The notes below the pieces were generated by a model that saw only the letters and a list, made by a program, of their open reading frames with translations, was not told where the DNA came from and ran no database searches. From assembly GCA_021773215.1 (NCBI GenBank), contig JAJFKM010000048.1, positions 12,923-76,922 on the forward strand: a stretch of 64,000 nucleotides of DNA, read 5' to 3'. This document shows, one piece after another, positions 48,618 through 61,269 of the stretch. The position numbers and the translations under genes were made by a program. The DNA is from Gammaproteobacteria bacterium. GTDB taxonomy: Bacteria > Pseudomonadota > Gammaproteobacteria > Eutrophobiales > Eutrophobiaceae. Each line of letters opens with the position of its first letter. Within the stretch, counting starts at the first letter, position 1.

Positions 48618-49754
48618 TTAGTCTGCTTGCCTCCTCAAAAATGCAGGGATATCAAGGTAATCCGTATCTCCTGATACCGCCTCTTCTTCTGCCTCAGGTA
48701 CTTGGTTTCTCATCACCGTTGGACGTTCAAAATCCTTGTAATCAACACTTATTGCCTCATTTTGGACCAATTTTATCCGTGATGCATCATCTTTGACTAT
48801 ATTTCCAAGTCCAGTAGCGACTATAGTGACTCGAATATCACCAGACATCTCAGGATCAATAACAGTTCCAACAACGACTGTTGCATTATCAGAAGCAAAT
48901 TCCTTGACCGTTCTACCCACTTCATCAAACTCACCAATAGATAGATCCATGCCTGCAGTAATATTAACCAGAATACCTCTCGCACCAGATAGGTTTACAT
49001 CCTCTAATAATGGGCTAGATATTGCCGCCTCTGCCGCGACTTTTGCACGTTCTTCACCTTGTGCCTTTCCAGAACCCATCATAGCCATACCCATCTCAGA
49101 CATTACTGTTCTAACATCCGCGAAATCAACATTGATCAGACCAGGACACGTTATTAATTCTGCTATGCCCTGCACAGCACCTAACAACACATCATTCGCC
49201 GCACCAAAAGCATTAAGCAAACTGACATCTCTGCCAAGAACGCTCAGTAATTTTTCATTCGGTATTGTGATCAATGAATCAACAAACTGACTTAATTCAA
49301 TAATGCCTTCTTCTGCAATTGCAGCACGTTTTTTACCTTCAAATGCAAACGGCCGCGTGACAACAGCAACGGTCAAGATACCCATCTCTTTTGCAACCTG
49401 AGCAACTATTGGTGCCGCACCAGTACCAGTGCCACCACCCATGCCGGCTGTAATAAACACCATATCCGAACCTTCGAGAACATCCATTAAACGATCACGA
49501 TCTTCTAATGCTGCTTGCCTTCCAACTTCTGGATCAGCACCCGCGCCCAATCCTTTGGTCATATTTGTACCCAATTGCAAAACAGTTTTTGCGTTTGAAT
49601 TTCTAAGTGCTTGTGAATCAGTATTCGCACAAATAAATTCTACACCTTCTATATTAGCACCCAGCATATGCTGTAACGCATTGCCACCTCCACCACCGAC
49701 ACCTATTACTTTTATAATAGCCGCCTGATTAGTTGCATCGACTAATTCAAACAT
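48618..49754 (-). CDS. ftsZ: Cell division GTPase FtsZ
   Basis: GGGTGTG tubulin signature and the C-terminal DIPAFLRRQ peptide. Confidence 0.98.
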   Translation of the reverse strand: MFELVDATNQAAIIKVIGVGGGGGNALQHMLGANIEGVEFICANTDSQALRNSNAKTVLQLGTNMTKGLGAGADPEVGRQAALEDRDRLMDVLEGSDMVFITAGMGGGTGTGAAPIVAQVAKEMGILTVAVVTRPFAFEGKKRAAIAEEGIIELSQFVDSLITIPNEKLLSVLGRDVSLLNAFGAANDVLLGAVQGIAELITCPGLINVDFADVRTVMSEMGMAMMGSGKAQGEERAKVAAEAAISSPLLEDVNLSGARGILVNITAGMDLSIGEFDEVGRTVKEFASDNATVVVGTVIDPEMSGDIRVTIVATGLGNIVKDDASRIKLVQNEAISVDYKDFERPTVMRNQVPEAEEEAVSGDTDYLDIPAFLRRQAD

Positions 49755-49787
49755 CTTGTAACCTCCTACATTGCATATAGTTATTAA

Positions 49788-51023
49788 TTAAAAATTACCC
49801 TGAAACCAACTTTTCATTCTTTCCAAAATACCTTTAACACCATCATTGATATGAATCTGTGTATTACCCTCTTGACTCTGTCGCTTTCCAAAAATAAGTA
49901 AGCCAACACCCGTTGCATAAATTGGACTTTTAACAACGTCGGACAAACCTGAAACATACTGTGGAATGCCAATACGAACTGGCATATGAAATATTTCTTC
50001 AGCCAATTCAATAGCACCTTCCATTTTTGAACTGCCTCCAGTCAAAACAATTCCGGCTGCGATTAAACTTTCATAGCCGCTACGTCTTAACTCTGCCTGT
50101 ACTAAGGTAAATAATTCTTCATAACGAGGTTGTACAACCTCAGCTAAAGTTTGCCTCGCCAAACGACGCGATGGACGATCACCGACACTCGGGACTTCGA
50201 TACTTTCATCATGATTAGCCAATTGTGTGAGCGCGCAAGCGTATTGAACCTTTATATCTTCCGCATGTTGTGTAGGTGTGCGTAATGCAACAGCAATATC
50301 ATTAGTAACCTGATCACCAGCTATTGGAATAACAGCAGTATGGTGAATGGCACCATCAGTAAACACTGCAATATCAGTCGTGCCACCACCAATATCGATC
50401 ATGCAAACCCCAAGATCTTTTTCATCTTCGGTCAAGACTGAATAACTTGAAGCTAATTGCTCTAAAATAATGTCATCTACTTCCAGGCCACAACGTCGCA
50501 CACACTTCACTATATTCTGTGCAGCGCTAACAGCGCCCGTCACCATGTGCACTTTTGCTTCAAGCCGTACTCCAGACATTCCAATCGGCTCTTTAACGCC
50601 TTCCTGATTATCGATAATAAATTCCTGCGGTAATATGTGCAGAATCTTTTGGTCGGCAGGTATTGCCACAGCCTTAGCTGCATCGATAACCCTATCAACA
50701 TCACCATAGGTAACTTCATTATCCCGAATTGCAACAATGCCATGCGAATTCAAACTGCGTATATGACTACCAGCAATCCCTGTAAAAACAGAATGAATTT
50801 CACACCCGGCCATTAACTCGGCTTCTTCAATCGCTCTTTGTATTGAATGGACTGTTGATTCAATATTGACGACCACACCTTTCTTAAGACCACGTGATTG
50901 GTTTGATCCAATCCCGATTATTTCAATCTCATCATCTATTGATATCTCACCAACGATGGCAACCACCTTGGATGTACCGATATCTAACCCAACGATTAGA
51001 TTTTTATCCGCTTTTTTAACCAT
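49788..51023 (-). CDS. ftsA: Cell division protein FtsA
   Basis: Actin-like ATPase; the N-terminus is LIVGLDIGTSKV. Confidence 0.97.
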   Translation of the reverse strand: MVKKADKNLIVGLDIGTSKVVAIVGEISIDDEIEIIGIGSNQSRGLKKGVVVNIESTVHSIQRAIEEAELMAGCEIHSVFTGIAGSHIRSLNSHGIVAIRDNEVTYGDVDRVIDAAKAVAIPADQKILHILPQEFIIDNQEGVKEPIGMSGVRLEAKVHMVTGAVSAAQNIVKCVRRCGLEVDDIILEQLASSYSVLTEDEKDLGVCMIDIGGGTTDIAVFTDGAIHHTAVIPIAGDQVTNDIAVALRTPTQHAEDIKVQYACALTQLANHDESIEVPSVGDRPSRRLARQTLAEVVQPRYEELFTLVQAELRRSGYESLIAAGIVLTGGSSKMEGAIELAEEIFHMPVRIGIPQYVSGLSDVVKSPIYATGVGLLIFGKRQSQEGNTQIHINDGVKGILERMKSWFQGNF

Positions 51024-51062
51024 ATTTAATCCGCCTGATATTATCTTGCAGAGTGATTGATA

Positions 51063-51815
51063 TTATTTTTTCCATAGAATTGAAAACCCATTTGTATATC
51101 GCATATCTATTGATTCAATTTGATCAATACGACCTGATGTTGTTGTTGGAATTAAAGTTAAAACTCTATTAAACCTTTCATTGAAATCACGCCGTCCTAG
51201 AGTTACCTTTATGCCGTTTGTAAAATGAAATGACCATGCGCGTCTATCGTCTAGGAATAGTGATGCCATATTAAATCCAATAAGCTGAATTTGTTCCTGC
51301 ATAGAATTAAATCTATTTAACAAGTTCTGTTCTGAGCCAACAGGCCCTGATAACAATGGAAGTTCATTAGGAATAGTTTCAGCCTCAGGTGAAAAATATT
51401 CACCTGCTGGATTTAACAAACCTGAATCCCCCCATCGAACCACAGGAATCTGTTCGATCACGATAACGCGTAATGCATCTGGCCAAATACGCTTCACAAT
51501 AACTTCACTAACCCAGGGTTCATCCAGTAGAGCAAGCCGAACTGCATCTACATCAAGATTGAAAAAACCACCTCGCACTTTATCAGTAACCAATAACTGC
51601 AGGTCTACTGGAGACAAACGTGTAAAGTCTCCTTCAATTCTTACCTGTTTAATTGGCAGAGTATCTGGATTTGATAAGATCATCACACCCCATACCATCA
51701 TCGAAATAAAGACCAAAACAAGCATACTTCCAAACAATCTTGATCCACGAAGTTGACCCCGGGCTGGAGTTTCAAAATGTAACTTATCTGGATCAATAAC
51801 CATATCGATAGCCAT
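51063..51815 (-). CDS. ftsQ: Cell division protein FtsQ
   Basis: Single TM plus POTRA domain; 250 aa, sitting between ddl and ftsA. Confidence 0.9.
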   Translation of the reverse strand: MAIDMVIDPDKLHFETPARGQLRGSRLFGSMLVLVFISMMVWGVMILSNPDTLPIKQVRIEGDFTRLSPVDLQLLVTDKVRGGFFNLDVDAVRLALLDEPWVSEVIVKRIWPDALRVIVIEQIPVVRWGDSGLLNPAGEYFSPEAETIPNELPLLSGPVGSEQNLLNRFNSMQEQIQLIGFNMASLFLDDRRAWSFHFTNGIKVTLGRRDFNERFNRVLTLIPTTTSGRIDQIESIDMRYTNGFSILWKK

Positions 51816-52771
51816 TAGTTCTGTAACTCCATCTCAACGGGAATAACTAAACTTGTTGCCAATATTTGAATTACTAATTGTTCGAATGAAATATTTGCTT
51901 GTTTAGCTCCCATCGGAACCAAACTATGGCTTGTCATACCTGGGACAGTATTAACTTCAATTAGCCAAGCTTGATTCGCATCATCAACCATTATGTCAAC
52001 ACGAGCCCATCCGCTAACACCTAAACGTTGGCATGCTTTTAAAGATAATTCGCCTAATTTTTTTTCAAGCGTCTCATCAAGACCACAAGGGCAAATATAT
52101 TTTGTATCGTTATCTTCATACTTTGCTTTGTAATCATAAAAATCACGCGAGGTCTCAAGTTTAATTACAGGTAATACAACACCGTTTAATATGGGGACGG
52201 TATATTCATCACCTTCAATCCAACTTTCTGCCATTACTCGGCCATCAAATTGATTTGCCTGCGACCACGCGGCTGATAAATCTTGAATATCAGTTACTTT
52301 GCTTGCGCCTATACTAGAACCTTCTCTGACAGGTTTTACCATGATGGGTAAACCAATCTGTTCCGCTATTTGGCGCCACTGACTTGTTGCAGATAATTCA
52401 ACGGCAGCAGGCGTAGACAAACCAACATCCCGCCAAAGTGATTTACTTCTGATTTTGTCCATTGCTAATGCAGAACCTAAGACGCCACTTCCCGTATAAG
52501 GCAGGCCAATGGTTTCCAAAGCACCCTGTATTGTTCCATCTTCACCACCGCGCCCATGCAATGCGATAAATACACGTTCAAAATCATCATTAATTAATCG
52601 AATAAATGTCTCTTTATCAAAATCAATGTCATGCGCATCTACTCCTGCATTACATAGGGCTGTGGTTACAGCTTTCCCACTTTCCAAAGAAATAGCTCGC
52701 TCAGCAGATTGCCCACCCATCAAGACAGCAACCTTGCCAAAATCTTGTGGTTCATAATCAGGTAGACGCAT
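51815..52771 (-). CDS. ddl: D-alanine--D-alanine ligase
   Basis: ATP-grasp fold; the N-terminus is KVAVLMGGQSAEREISL-like. Confidence 0.95.
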   Translation of the reverse strand: MRLPDYEPQDFGKVAVLMGGQSAERAISLESGKAVTTALCNAGVDAHDIDFDKETFIRLINDDFERVFIALHGRGGEDGTIQGALETIGLPYTGSGVLGSALAMDKIRSKSLWRDVGLSTPAAVELSATSQWRQIAEQIGLPIMVKPVREGSSIGASKVTDIQDLSAAWSQANQFDGRVMAESWIEGDEYTVPILNGVVLPVIKLETSRDFYDYKAKYEDNDTKYICPCGLDETLEKKLGELSLKACQRLGVSGWARVDIMVDDANQAWLIEVNTVPGMTSHSLVPMGAKQANISFEQLVIQILATSLVIPVEMELQN

Positions 52772-53679
52772 TATTGATATCTCCCTGAGTCACCAATAAC
52801 CCTTACTTCAGGAATTAATTTGACAGCATGTTTTTCGTATACTGTTGCTTGAATTAATTCGATCAACTGCTCTATATCAGATGAAGTCGCATCGCCCATA
52901 TTAATTATAAAATTGGCATGCTTCTCTGATACGCAAGCACCTCCAATATTTCTTCCCTTAAGCCCGCAAGACTCTATTAATCTTGCCGCATGATCCTTTG
53001 GTGGATTTCTAAAAACCGAACCACAGCTTAATTGACCTAGAGGTTGCGCTTCTGCCCGTTCGCTTAACATCGTTTTAATACTTTTCTCGACTACACTCTT
53101 GTCGGAGATTTCCAAATCAATCTTACAAGCAGTAAACCATTCCTCTTCAGGAATTGAGACACTACGGTAGCCAATCTTAAAATGGTCTTTAGCATAGATC
53201 TTACGTTCGCCTCTTCGGTTTATTGTTTCGACCTGATTTATATTTCGCCAAATCTCTCCACCATAAGCGCCGGCATTCATTGCTAAAGCACCACCGATTG
53301 ACCCGGGAATGCCTGCCAAAAACTCAATTCCACCAAGTCCTTGTTTTGCAGCAAAACGTGCTGCCTTAACACACGGCACACCCGCACCAATAGAAATTTC
53401 ATTTCCATTGGTAAACTCAAGATTATCAAGCACACCCACTACAGAAAGAACTACTCCAGATAAACCACCATCGCGCACTAATAAGTTACTACCAAAACCT
53501 ACCCAGATAATGGGCATTTCAATAGGCACCGCAGAAATAAAAACAGATAAGTCATCAATATCAACTGGCGAATAGAAATAATCAGCAGCACCACCAGTTT
53601 TCCAGGAAGTATGACGAGACATTGATTCTTGCTCTCGTAACTCACCTCTTAATCTCGATGTATCAATAGTTTTTCGCAT
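52771..53679 (-). CDS. murB: UDP-N-acetylenolpyruvoylglucosamine reductase MurB
   Basis: FAD-binding motifs TSWKTGGAADYF and NLLVRDGG. The longest ORF extends to 53766, but the conserved N-terminal motif suggests an internal start near 53679. Confidence 0.9.
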   Translation of the reverse strand: MRKTIDTSRLRGELREQESMSRHTSWKTGGAADYFYSPVDIDDLSVFISAVPIEMPIIWVGFGSNLLVRDGGLSGVVLSVVGVLDNLEFTNGNEISIGAGVPCVKAARFAAKQGLGGIEFLAGIPGSIGGALAMNAGAYGGEIWRNINQVETINRRGERKIYAKDHFKIGYRSVSIPEEEWFTACKIDLEISDKSVVEKSIKTMLSERAEAQPLGQLSCGSVFRNPPKDHAARLIESCGLKGRNIGGACVSEKHANFIINMGDATSSDIEQLIELIQATVYEKHAVKLIPEVRVIGDSGRYQ

Positions 53680-53744
53680 TCTGTTATTTAAACCTGACTG
53701 CCTATATTGCATTTCATTTTTAACACTTAACAAAGTTATATCCT

Positions 53745-55166
53745 TTAATGCAGTGATCCAGAACATTCTTGATAAAGCTGTTTTGAAACTGAACCAATAT
53801 CACCAGCACCTAATGTCAAAAGCAGATCATTTTCGTTAACTACGCTCGTCAATATATCGAGCACCTTATCTTTATCCTCGATAAAAATAGGCTCTACTTG
53901 ACCTCTTAGCCGTATTGCTCGACATAATGAACGACTATCTGCTCCAGCTATGGGTTCTTCACCCGCGTCATAAACATCCAGTATTAATAGGCTATCTGCT
54001 TGTGAGAGCACCCGACTAAAATCTTCGAACAAATCGCGCATACGTGTGTATCGATGCGGTTGGTATAACACTACTAGTCGACGAGTAGACCAACCCGCTC
54101 TAATGGCTGAGAACGTAGCTTCAATTTCTGTAGGGTGATGAGCATAGTCATCTATGAAGGTAATATTGAGATCATTAATTTTGATCTCTCCATGCACATG
54201 GCATCGACGAGATATACCCTGAAAATGACATAGCGCATTAATAATATCTTGATCACTAACACCTAATTCATGTGCAACTGCAATTGATGCAAGTGCATTT
54301 AATAAATTGTGTTTGCCTGGTAATTTGAGTTCTACTTCTAACCAGTCTTTTTTATCTTTACGTGAGACCTTGAACCAGGTTCTTTCATTTTCCTGACGTA
54401 ATAATTCAGCGTTATAATCAGCTTCAAAATCAATCCCATAAGTTACAACTGGCTTGGTAACTTCAGGCAATATTTTTCTAACACCTTCATCATCAATACA
54501 TAGCACGGCTAAACCGTAAAAAGGTAACTGGTGTAAAAACTCAACAAAATTATGCCGCAAATTTGCAAAATCACCTGCATAAGTATCCAGGTGATCAGCA
54601 TCAATATTTGTAATCACTGCAATAATGGGATAAAGATGTAAAAATGAGGCATCGCTTTCATCTGCTTCAGCAACAATATACTTACCACTACCAAGACGTG
54701 CATGCGAACCTGAACTGTTTAGTAAGCCACCAATGACATAGGTAGGGTCAAGTCCACCCTCCGCAAGCACACTGGCAACCAGACTTGTCGTAGTTGTTTT
54801 TCCATGAGTCCCGGCAATAGCGATACCAGGACTAAAGCGCATGAGCTCCGCTAACATTTCTGCACGACGTACAATGGGGATTCTGTTTTTACGTGCTGCA
54901 CAGATCTCTTCGTTACTCTCATCAATAGCACTCGTTATAACGACGACATCCGTTTCTTTAATATTTTCCGCTGAATGTCCTATTGATATTTGTATTCCCA
55001 GTGACTCAAGTCTTTGCGTAATAGCACTCTCTTTAATATCGGACCCACTAATTTCATAACCAATATTTTTAAGCACCTCAGCTATACCACCCATGCCAGC
55101 ACCACCGATGCCAATAAAGTGGATATGTTTCACTCGTCCCATTGCATGTGATTGCATATCAGCCAT
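53745..55166 (-). CDS. murC: UDP-N-acetylmuramate--L-alanine ligase MurC
   Basis: [19 protein letters not shown]-terminal motif. The ORF track extends to 55265, but the conserved start is probably the Met at 55166. Confidence 0.93.
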   Translation of the reverse strand: MADMQSHAMGRVKHIHFIGIGGAGMGGIAEVLKNIGYEISGSDIKESAITQRLESLGIQISIGHSAENIKETDVVVITSAIDESNEEICAARKNRIPIVRRAEMLAELMRFSPGIAIAGTHGKTTTTSLVASVLAEGGLDPTYVIGGLLNSSGSHARLGSGKYIVAEADESDASFLHLYPIIAVITNIDADHLDTYAGDFANLRHNFVEFLHQLPFYGLAVLCIDDEGVRKILPEVTKPVVTYGIDFEADYNAELLRQENERTWFKVSRKDKKDWLEVELKLPGKHNLLNALASIAVAHELGVSDQDIINALCHFQGISRRCHVHGEIKINDLNITFIDDYAHHPTEIEATFSAIRAGWSTRRLVVLYQPHRYTRMRDLFEDFSRVLSQADSLLILDVYDAGEEPIAGADSRSLCRAIRLRGQVEPIFIEDKDKVLDILTSVVNENDLLLTLGAGDIGSVSKQLYQECSGSLH

Positions 55167-56244
55167 GAGCAGCCTCCATGCATAAATTCGCAACAAGTAT
55201 AGTCGCTTCTGGTTTAGCGAGTGACCGCGCTTTAATTGCCATCTGCAATAAGTGTTCAGGCGCATTTATAAGTTGTGATAACACCTCTTTTAATTTCTCG
55301 ACTGAGAACTGGGTTTCTTGGATCAGGATTGCAGCACCCTCTGCCGACAGATAACTTGCATTCGCAGTCTGGTGATCATCGACGGCGTATGGAAATGGAA
55401 TGAGTATTGAAGCTACACCGCACGCAGCTAATTCGGCGACGGTCAATGCGCCTGCCCTACACACAACAATATCGGCCCAGGCATAAGCAGCTGCCATATC
55501 CTTAATAAAGGCTGTTACTTCAGACTTAATGCTGCTGCCATTATAGACAGTACTCGTTACTGCATAATGTTTCTCTCCGCATTGATGCTTAACCTCAATT
55601 TCATAATCACTACTGAGGGCCAATAATGATTTCGGCATTACTTCATTTAATGCTTTTGCACCGAGGCTACCACCAAGCACTAATACCTTTATTAACTTGG
55701 CATCATTATTCATATGACGCTTTTCAGGTTCTGGTAAATTTGCAATTTCGTTGCGTACAGGATTACCCGTTATGGTCATTTTTGAAGACTCTTTAAATGC
55801 CCCAGGGAAAGCAGCCATTACAGAAACAGCGAATGGAGCTAACAATTTATTCGTTAATCCAGCGATCGCATTTTGTTCGTGAATCAATAATGGTATTCGC
55901 ATCAACCACGCAGCAATTCCTCCTGGCCCACTTGCAAAACCACCCATTCCTAACACAGCAACAGGGCGTACTTTTATCATTATCGAGAGTGCTTGAACCA
56001 ATGCGATTAAAAGCATAACGGGAGTAAACAATAAACGGACTAAACCTTTACCTCTTACACCAGCAACATTAATTTTTAGTAATGGATAACCATGATTAGG
56101 AACTACATTCGTTTCGAGCCCCTTATCTGTCCCTAGCCAAAATAAATTAAATCCATTTTCTTTAAGATGATCAGCGACAGCCAGTGCTGGATAGATATGT
56201 CCACCCGTTCCACCTGCCATGATAAGAATATTTTTATCACGCAT
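55159..56244 (-). CDS. murG: Undecaprenyldiphospho-muramoylpentapeptide beta-N-acetylglucosaminyltransferase MurG
   Basis: [20 protein letters not shown]-terminal motif; the probable start is at 56244 inside the longer ORF. Confidence 0.93.
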   Translation of the reverse strand: MRDKNILIMAGGTGGHIYPALAVADHLKENGFNLFWLGTDKGLETNVVPNHGYPLLKINVAGVRGKGLVRLLFTPVMLLIALVQALSIMIKVRPVAVLGMGGFASGPGGIAAWLMRIPLLIHEQNAIAGLTNKLLAPFAVSVMAAFPGAFKESSKMTITGNPVRNEIANLPEPEKRHMNNDAKLIKVLVLGGSLGAKALNEVMPKSLLALSSDYEIEVKHQCGEKHYAVTSTVYNGSSIKSEVTAFIKDMAAAYAWADIVVCRAGALTVAELAACGVASILIPFPYAVDDHQTANASYLSAEGAAILIQETQFSVEKLKEVLSQLINAPEHLLQMAIKARSLAKPEATILVANLCMEAAHG

Positions 56245-57442
56245 AGGCTGGCACCACATTAGTTATTATGTTGCGGGTGTCTTGGCGGTTTTCATATTCA
56301 ATACGCAAAAGAATGCCTAGCAACATACAAAAGACAATCAAACTATTTCCACCATAACTCATCATCGGTAGTGTCAAGCCCTTGGTAGGTAAAACACCCA
56401 TGTTCACACCAATATTTATATATGCCTGTATGCCAATAATTAATCCAATACCGTAAGCAAAGTAAGCAGCAAAATATTTCTCCACCCGTTCGGCTATATG
56501 TCCAATAACAAATGCACGCCAAACAATGAAAGAATATAAAAGGATCATCGTCATACTACCGAACAACCCCAGCTCTTCTGCCAAAACAGAAAAAACAAAA
56601 TCAGTATGTGCTTCCGGCAAATAAAAGAGTTTCTGCACGCTACTTCCAAGCCCTACTCCAAACCAATCGCCCCGGCCAAATGCGATCAAGGCTTGTGTCA
56701 ACTGAAACCCACTGTCATAAGGATCCTTCCACGGATCAACAAAACTCATAAGTCGTTGCATACGATAAGGCGATAGGACGGCCAAGGTAATTAATGCACT
56801 AACTGCGACAGATACCCATGCAAAAAAGCGCGTTAACGGCACGCCACCCATGAACAACATACCTAATGCGGTTGCAAACAAAACTACACTCGCACCAAAA
56901 TCAGGTTCAAGTAATAATAATCCAGAGATAAAGGTTAATACACCAATCGGCCTGATAAACCCTGCGAAGTCAGTTTGTACAGTCTCGCCATGCCGCACCA
57001 TATATCCGGCAAGATAGGCAATGACACACAGCTTAACTGGTTCAGAGGCTTGTAACGCAAATGGGCCCAGTTGAACCCAACGCATACTGCCATTAACTTC
57101 TTTACCAACCCCCGGGATTAGAATCAAAACCAACAAAAATATTGCCGTCATTAACAAAGGGACACTGGCTACTTCCCAGAGGCGCATCGGTATCTTTAAA
57201 ATTATCAGCGCAAGGAACAAACCAATTATTGCAGCTATGCCCTGCCGCCAAAAATAATGCAGCGGATCATTAAATTCCTTTGCCGATATAGAAATAGAGG
57301 CAGACGCAACCATGACCAAACCCATACACAGTATTAATAAAGAGATACCCATCAACCAGAGGTCGTAACCTGCTATTAATTTATTCTTCACATGGTAGTG
57401 TGAAGATAATGTTGCCTGTTGTTTATACCGCGCAGACATCAA
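56237..57442 (-). CDS. ftsW: Peptidoglycan glycosyltransferase FtsW
   Basis: SEDS-family polytopic protein in the canonical dcw position. Confidence 0.93.
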   Translation of the reverse strand: MMSARYKQQATLSSHYHVKNKLIAGYDLWLMGISLLILCMGLVMVASASISISAKEFNDPLHYFWRQGIAAIIGLFLALIILKIPMRLWEVASVPLLMTAIFLLVLILIPGVGKEVNGSMRWVQLGPFALQASEPVKLCVIAYLAGYMVRHGETVQTDFAGFIRPIGVLTFISGLLLLEPDFGASVVLFATALGMLFMGGVPLTRFFAWVSVAVSALITLAVLSPYRMQRLMSFVDPWKDPYDSGFQLTQALIAFGRGDWFGVGLGSSVQKLFYLPEAHTDFVFSVLAEELGLFGSMTMILLYSFIVWRAFVIGHIAERVEKYFAAYFAYGIGLIIGIQAYINIGVNMGVLPTKGLTLPMMSYGGNSLIVFCMLLGILLRIEYENRQDTRNIITNVVPAYA

Positions 57443-58788
57443 CTCGCCTCCAAAGTATTAACTGCAGCAACAAATGAATCACCACGCTGTTGATAATTTT
57501 CATACATATCCAGACTTGCACATGCCGGAGCAAGCAGAACCAGATCACCTGCCTCTGCTACGTTACTTGCAATGTTTACCGCTTCATTCATATCACTCAC
57601 AAAATCATGCATGACTTCAGAACCAATAGCATTTGCCAATTTTTTTGCATCAACACCCAATAACAAAACATGTTTCACATATTTTTTTATAATCGGACCC
57701 AAGCTAGATAAATCTGCACCTTTACTATCACCACCGGCAATAAGAACAATCTTACCAAGATCACAAAGCCCTTTAATTGACGCAACACAAGCACCCACAT
57801 TTGTCGCCTTCGAATCGTTAAACCAGCTAACCTTGTTAATTGTTGCGATTCGCTGACATCTATGTTCGAGGCCAGAAAACCTTTTTAAAGTTTCTACCAT
57901 AGCTTCAACAGGCACATTAATGGAAGTTGCTAATGCCATTGCAGCTAGGGCATTGGCTACATTATGTTCACCTTTTATTCCAAGCTCGTCTTGCTTTATT
58001 ATTTTGTTACCAGCCTGACATAACCAGTCTTCACCATTGTCTTTAATGATGCCGAAGTTGTTCTCCTCAGGTTCACCGAGAGTAAAAGAAATCGATTGCC
58101 TTGAATTGTCATTCATTGCTTTTACTACATCATCGTCCTTATTGATGACCATCAATCCATTACCTGAATAGATCTTTTTCTTTGCATTAGCGTATTCATC
58201 TGAATTCGCATAACGATCCATATGATCAGGTGAGATATTTAATATCACGCTTGCATGTGCACTTAAGGAAAAAGTTGTTTCCAGTTGGAAACTGGATAAC
58301 TCAAGTACATATATATCGGGAATACCTTCATTTAATAATTCAAGTGCTGGCGTGCCAAGGTTTCCACCGACACATGTTTTTAAACCAGCCTGTCGAGTCA
58401 TTTCCGCAACTAGCGTTGTTACGGTACTCTTTCCATTAGATCCAGATACCGCAATGATTGGTGCTTTAGCTTGTTGGCAAAATAATTCAATGTCCCCAAA
58501 AACAGGAATGCCATTTGCAATCGCTTGTTTAACCGCCTCGTTATTCAACGAGACTCCTGGGCTTAAAATTATTTGATCTGATGACAACAGAATTGCTGCG
58601 CTGATTTCCCCAAGAAATGCCGTGACTGATGGGCACTCAGTCTTTAACGTCGAGAGGCCAGGCGGATTCATACGACTGTCGGTAACAGCAATAGCCATAC
58701 CTTTACTCAGAAGATAACGAACGCACGAGAGCCCGGTCTTACCAAGACCAACAATAACTACATCGTAATGTTTTTTAGTGTCATTCAT
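57439..58788 (-). CDS. murD: UDP-N-acetylmuramoylalanine--D-glutamate ligase MurD
   Basis: VVIVGLGKTGLSCVRYL N-terminal Rossmann motif; Mur ligase family. Confidence 0.93.
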   Translation of the reverse strand: MNDTKKHYDVVIVGLGKTGLSCVRYLLSKGMAIAVTDSRMNPPGLSTLKTECPSVTAFLGEISAAILLSSDQIILSPGVSLNNEAVKQAIANGIPVFGDIELFCQQAKAPIIAVSGSNGKSTVTTLVAEMTRQAGLKTCVGGNLGTPALELLNEGIPDIYVLELSSFQLETTFSLSAHASVILNISPDHMDRYANSDEYANAKKKIYSGNGLMVINKDDDVVKAMNDNSRQSISFTLGEPEENNFGIIKDNGEDWLCQAGNKIIKQDELGIKGEHNVANALAAMALATSINVPVEAMVETLKRFSGLEHRCQRIATINKVSWFNDSKATNVGACVASIKGLCDLGKIVLIAGGDSKGADLSSLGPIIKKYVKHVLLLGVDAKKLANAIGSEVMHDFVSDMNEAVNIASNVAEAGDLVLLAPACASLDMYENYQQRGDSFVAAVNTLEAS

Positions 58789-58828
58789 CGTTATCTTTTT
58801 TTCTGTAGTACAAAGCAAGTGGCATTCC

Positions 58829-59911
58829 TCATCGTATCTTCAGGCTAGCAAGGCCAATCAAAACCAGGATGACGGTAATAATCCAGAACCGAACAATCAC
58901 TCTGGGTTCTGGCCAACCTTTTAGCTCATAGTGATGATGCAAGGGAGCCATTCTAAATATTCTCTTACCGGTTAACTTATAAGAACCAACTTGTAAAATG
59001 ACCGATACCGTTTCCATAACAAAGACACCGCCCATTATGAATAGCGCTAATTCTTGTCGTGTAACTACGGCAACCACACCTAACGCTGCGCCTAATGCCA
59101 AGGCACCTATGTCTCCCATAAAGACCTGTGCGGGATAAGTGTTAAACCAAAGAAAACCTAGTCCCGAACCAACTATGGCTGCACAAAATACTGCGACCTC
59201 ACCTACGCCAGGAATAAATGGAATACCGAGGTATTTAGAAAAGCCTGCATGTCCAGTGGCATATGCAAAGATAGCCAATGCACCAGCGACCATAACGGTA
59301 GGTAGAATGGCTAAACCATCTAAACCATCTGTGAGATTAACAGCATTACTTGAACCGACGATGACAAAGTAGGCAAGCACGACATATAACCAACCCAGAT
59401 CAAAAACAAAGGCCTTTACAAACGGCACAATTAATTGCGTTTCAACGGGGAGAACCGCCGTTTGAAAAAGATAAACCGCTGCGCAAATACCAACTACAGA
59501 TTGTGCGGTGTATTTATATTTTGCTCGCAACCCTTTTGGATTGTTATAAATAACTTTTTTATAGTCATCAATTAAACCAATAACACCAAACAACAAGGTA
59601 ACTATTAAGACAACCAATACATAACGGTTAGTTAAATCCGCCCAGCATAAAGTACTAAAGGTAATTGAAATTAGAATTAATAAACCACCCATAGTAGGTG
59701 TACCAGACTTTTCAAGATGAGATTCAGGACCATCATCTCTGATACTTTGACCAAACTGTTTATTAGTTAAATGACGTATTAAATAAGGACCAAATATAAA
59801 GGATACAAATAATGACGTTAGCACACCTAAAATAGTTCTTAATGTTAAATAACGAAATACGTTAAACCCGCTATCAAACTGTGCCAGATATTCTGTTAAC
59901 CAGAGCAACAT
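58829..59911 (-). CDS. mraY: Phospho-N-acetylmuramoyl-pentapeptide transferase MraY
   Basis: Polytopic PNPT-family protein of 360 aa with conserved N-terminus MLLWLTEYL. Confidence 0.96.
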   Translation of the reverse strand: MLLWLTEYLAQFDSGFNVFRYLTLRTILGVLTSLFVSFIFGPYLIRHLTNKQFGQSIRDDGPESHLEKSGTPTMGGLLILISITFSTLCWADLTNRYVLVVLIVTLLFGVIGLIDDYKKVIYNNPKGLRAKYKYTAQSVVGICAAVYLFQTAVLPVETQLIVPFVKAFVFDLGWLYVVLAYFVIVGSSNAVNLTDGLDGLAILPTVMVAGALAIFAYATGHAGFSKYLGIPFIPGVGEVAVFCAAIVGSGLGFLWFNTYPAQVFMGDIGALALGAALGVVAVVTRQELALFIMGGVFVMETVSVILQVGSYKLTGKRIFRMAPLHHHYELKGWPEPRVIVRFWIITVILVLIGLASLKIR

Positions 59912-61269
59912 TAGAACTGTCCCTCCGTCAAAGTACTTACAATACGTTCCATCTGCATAGATCGAGAACCTTTAATCAGGATCGTTGTATCTTTGCTTAA
60001 CAACTCTAATAGCGCCTTATTTAGAGCTTCATAAGACTCAAAATGTAATGCGCTATCACCATAAGCCTGCATTGCATTTATACTCAAATCACCAATAGTG
60101 AATAGACGGTCTATTCCTGCTAGTTTTGCCGCTACACCAGCATCTTGGTGAAACTCAATTGCCTTATCGCCTAACTCACCCATATCGCCCAACACCAAAT
60201 AACGCGTTCCTTCATAACTGCTCAGAACTTTTAATGCCGCCTCTAATGAAGTTGGATTAGCGTTATACGTGTCATCAATAACGCGTGCGCCTTGCATGCC
60301 TAGTTTGATCTGTAAACGTCCTTTAACCGGCGACATTTTTTCTAGTCCAGCTTTAATTGTCTGCAACGACACATCCAAACACAAACAACATGCAGCAGCA
60401 GCTAATGCATTCATAACATTATGCGTACCAGCAAGGGGTAGTCTTATTTTGATTGCACCAGTTGAACAAATTAATTCAAAATCAGTAGACGCCGATTGTT
60501 TAACAAGCTGAATATTATTTGCTCGAACATCTGCGTTTGTAGATTCTATTCCAAAACTAAGTTGATTTAGCAATTTACATTGCTTACTCCAAAACTCGGC
60601 ATAGTCATCATCGGCATTAATAATTGCCGTGCCGGTGGGTTGCAAACCAGAGTAGATTTCTGCTTTTGCTTTTGCGACACCATCAATATCACCAAACCCC
60701 TCTAGATGTGCTGGTGCGCATTGTGTGATCACCGCTACATTTGGTCGAGCTATGGCACTTAGCCACTCAATTTCTCCTGGATGATTCGCACCCATTTCTA
60801 TCACTGCATATTGATGTTTCTTATCAATTCCAAATAACGTCAAAGGCACGCCAATATCATTGTTCAGGTTACCGGATGTTGCATGCACATCCGATAATTC
60901 AGACAAGATGCTGCTGACCATCTCTTTTACTGTTGTCTTGCCATTACTGCCGGTTATTGCAACGATAGGAATAGTCATTTCTTCACGCCAGGCTCTTGCT
61001 AACAAACCCATCGCCTTTCTCGTATCCCTCACTTTCAGCAAAGGCTTCTCATGATTTACTTCACGTTCAAGCAATAAAGCATTGGCACCATTCTCTTCAG
61101 CCAAAGACACATAGTCATGACCATCAAAATTTTCACCGTTTATGGCGATAAATAAATTTCCTTTCTCAATAGTTCGACTATCAATGCTACAGCCGGAAAA
61201 TATAATGTCTTCACCATCATATTTTAATTCAATAACTGAAGCTGCTTTGGAAAGTGACATGCTAATCAT
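59911..61269 (-). CDS. murF: UDP-N-acetylmuramoyl-tripeptide--D-alanyl-D-alanine ligase MurF
   Basis: Mur ligase with TGSNGKTT motif. Confidence 0.93.
   Translation of the reverse strand: MISMSLSKAASVIELKYDGEDIIFSGCSIDSRTIEKGNLFIAINGENFDGHDYVSLAEENGANALLLEREVNHEKPLLKVRDTRKAMGLLARAWREEMTIPIVAITGSNGKTTVKEMVSSILSELSDVHATSGNLNNDIGVPLTLFGIDKKHQYAVIEMGANHPGEIEWLSAIARPNVAVITQCAPAHLEGFGDIDGVAKAKAEIYSGLQPTGTAIINADDDYAEFWSKQCKLLNQLSFGIESTNADVRANNIQLVKQSASTDFELICSTGAIKIRLPLAGTHNVMNALAAAACCLCLDVSLQTIKAGLEKMSPVKGRLQIKLGMQGARVIDDTYNANPTSLEAALKVLSSYEGTRYLVLGDMGELGDKAIEFHQDAGVAAKLAGIDRLFTIGDLSINAMQAYGDSALHFESYEALNKALLELLSKDTTILIKGSRSMQMERIVSTLTEGQF

Noticed and set aside
48793-49728. Plus-strand ORFs of 165 and 99 aa inside ftsZ
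   Set aside because: They are antisense to ftsZ. The composition (Pro/Ser/Thr/Ala-rich) reflects the reverse frame of Gly/Ala-rich FtsZ.
53680-53766. N-terminal extensions of murB (to 53766), murC (to 55265), murG (to 56259) and murD (to 58818) in the longest-ORF track
   Set aside because: The conserved N-terminal motifs ([39 protein letters not shown]) begin shortly after internal Met codons. The extensions would overlap the 3' ends of upstream genes by 20-100 bp and encode non-conserved residues. I chose shorter starts and left the alternatives flagged.
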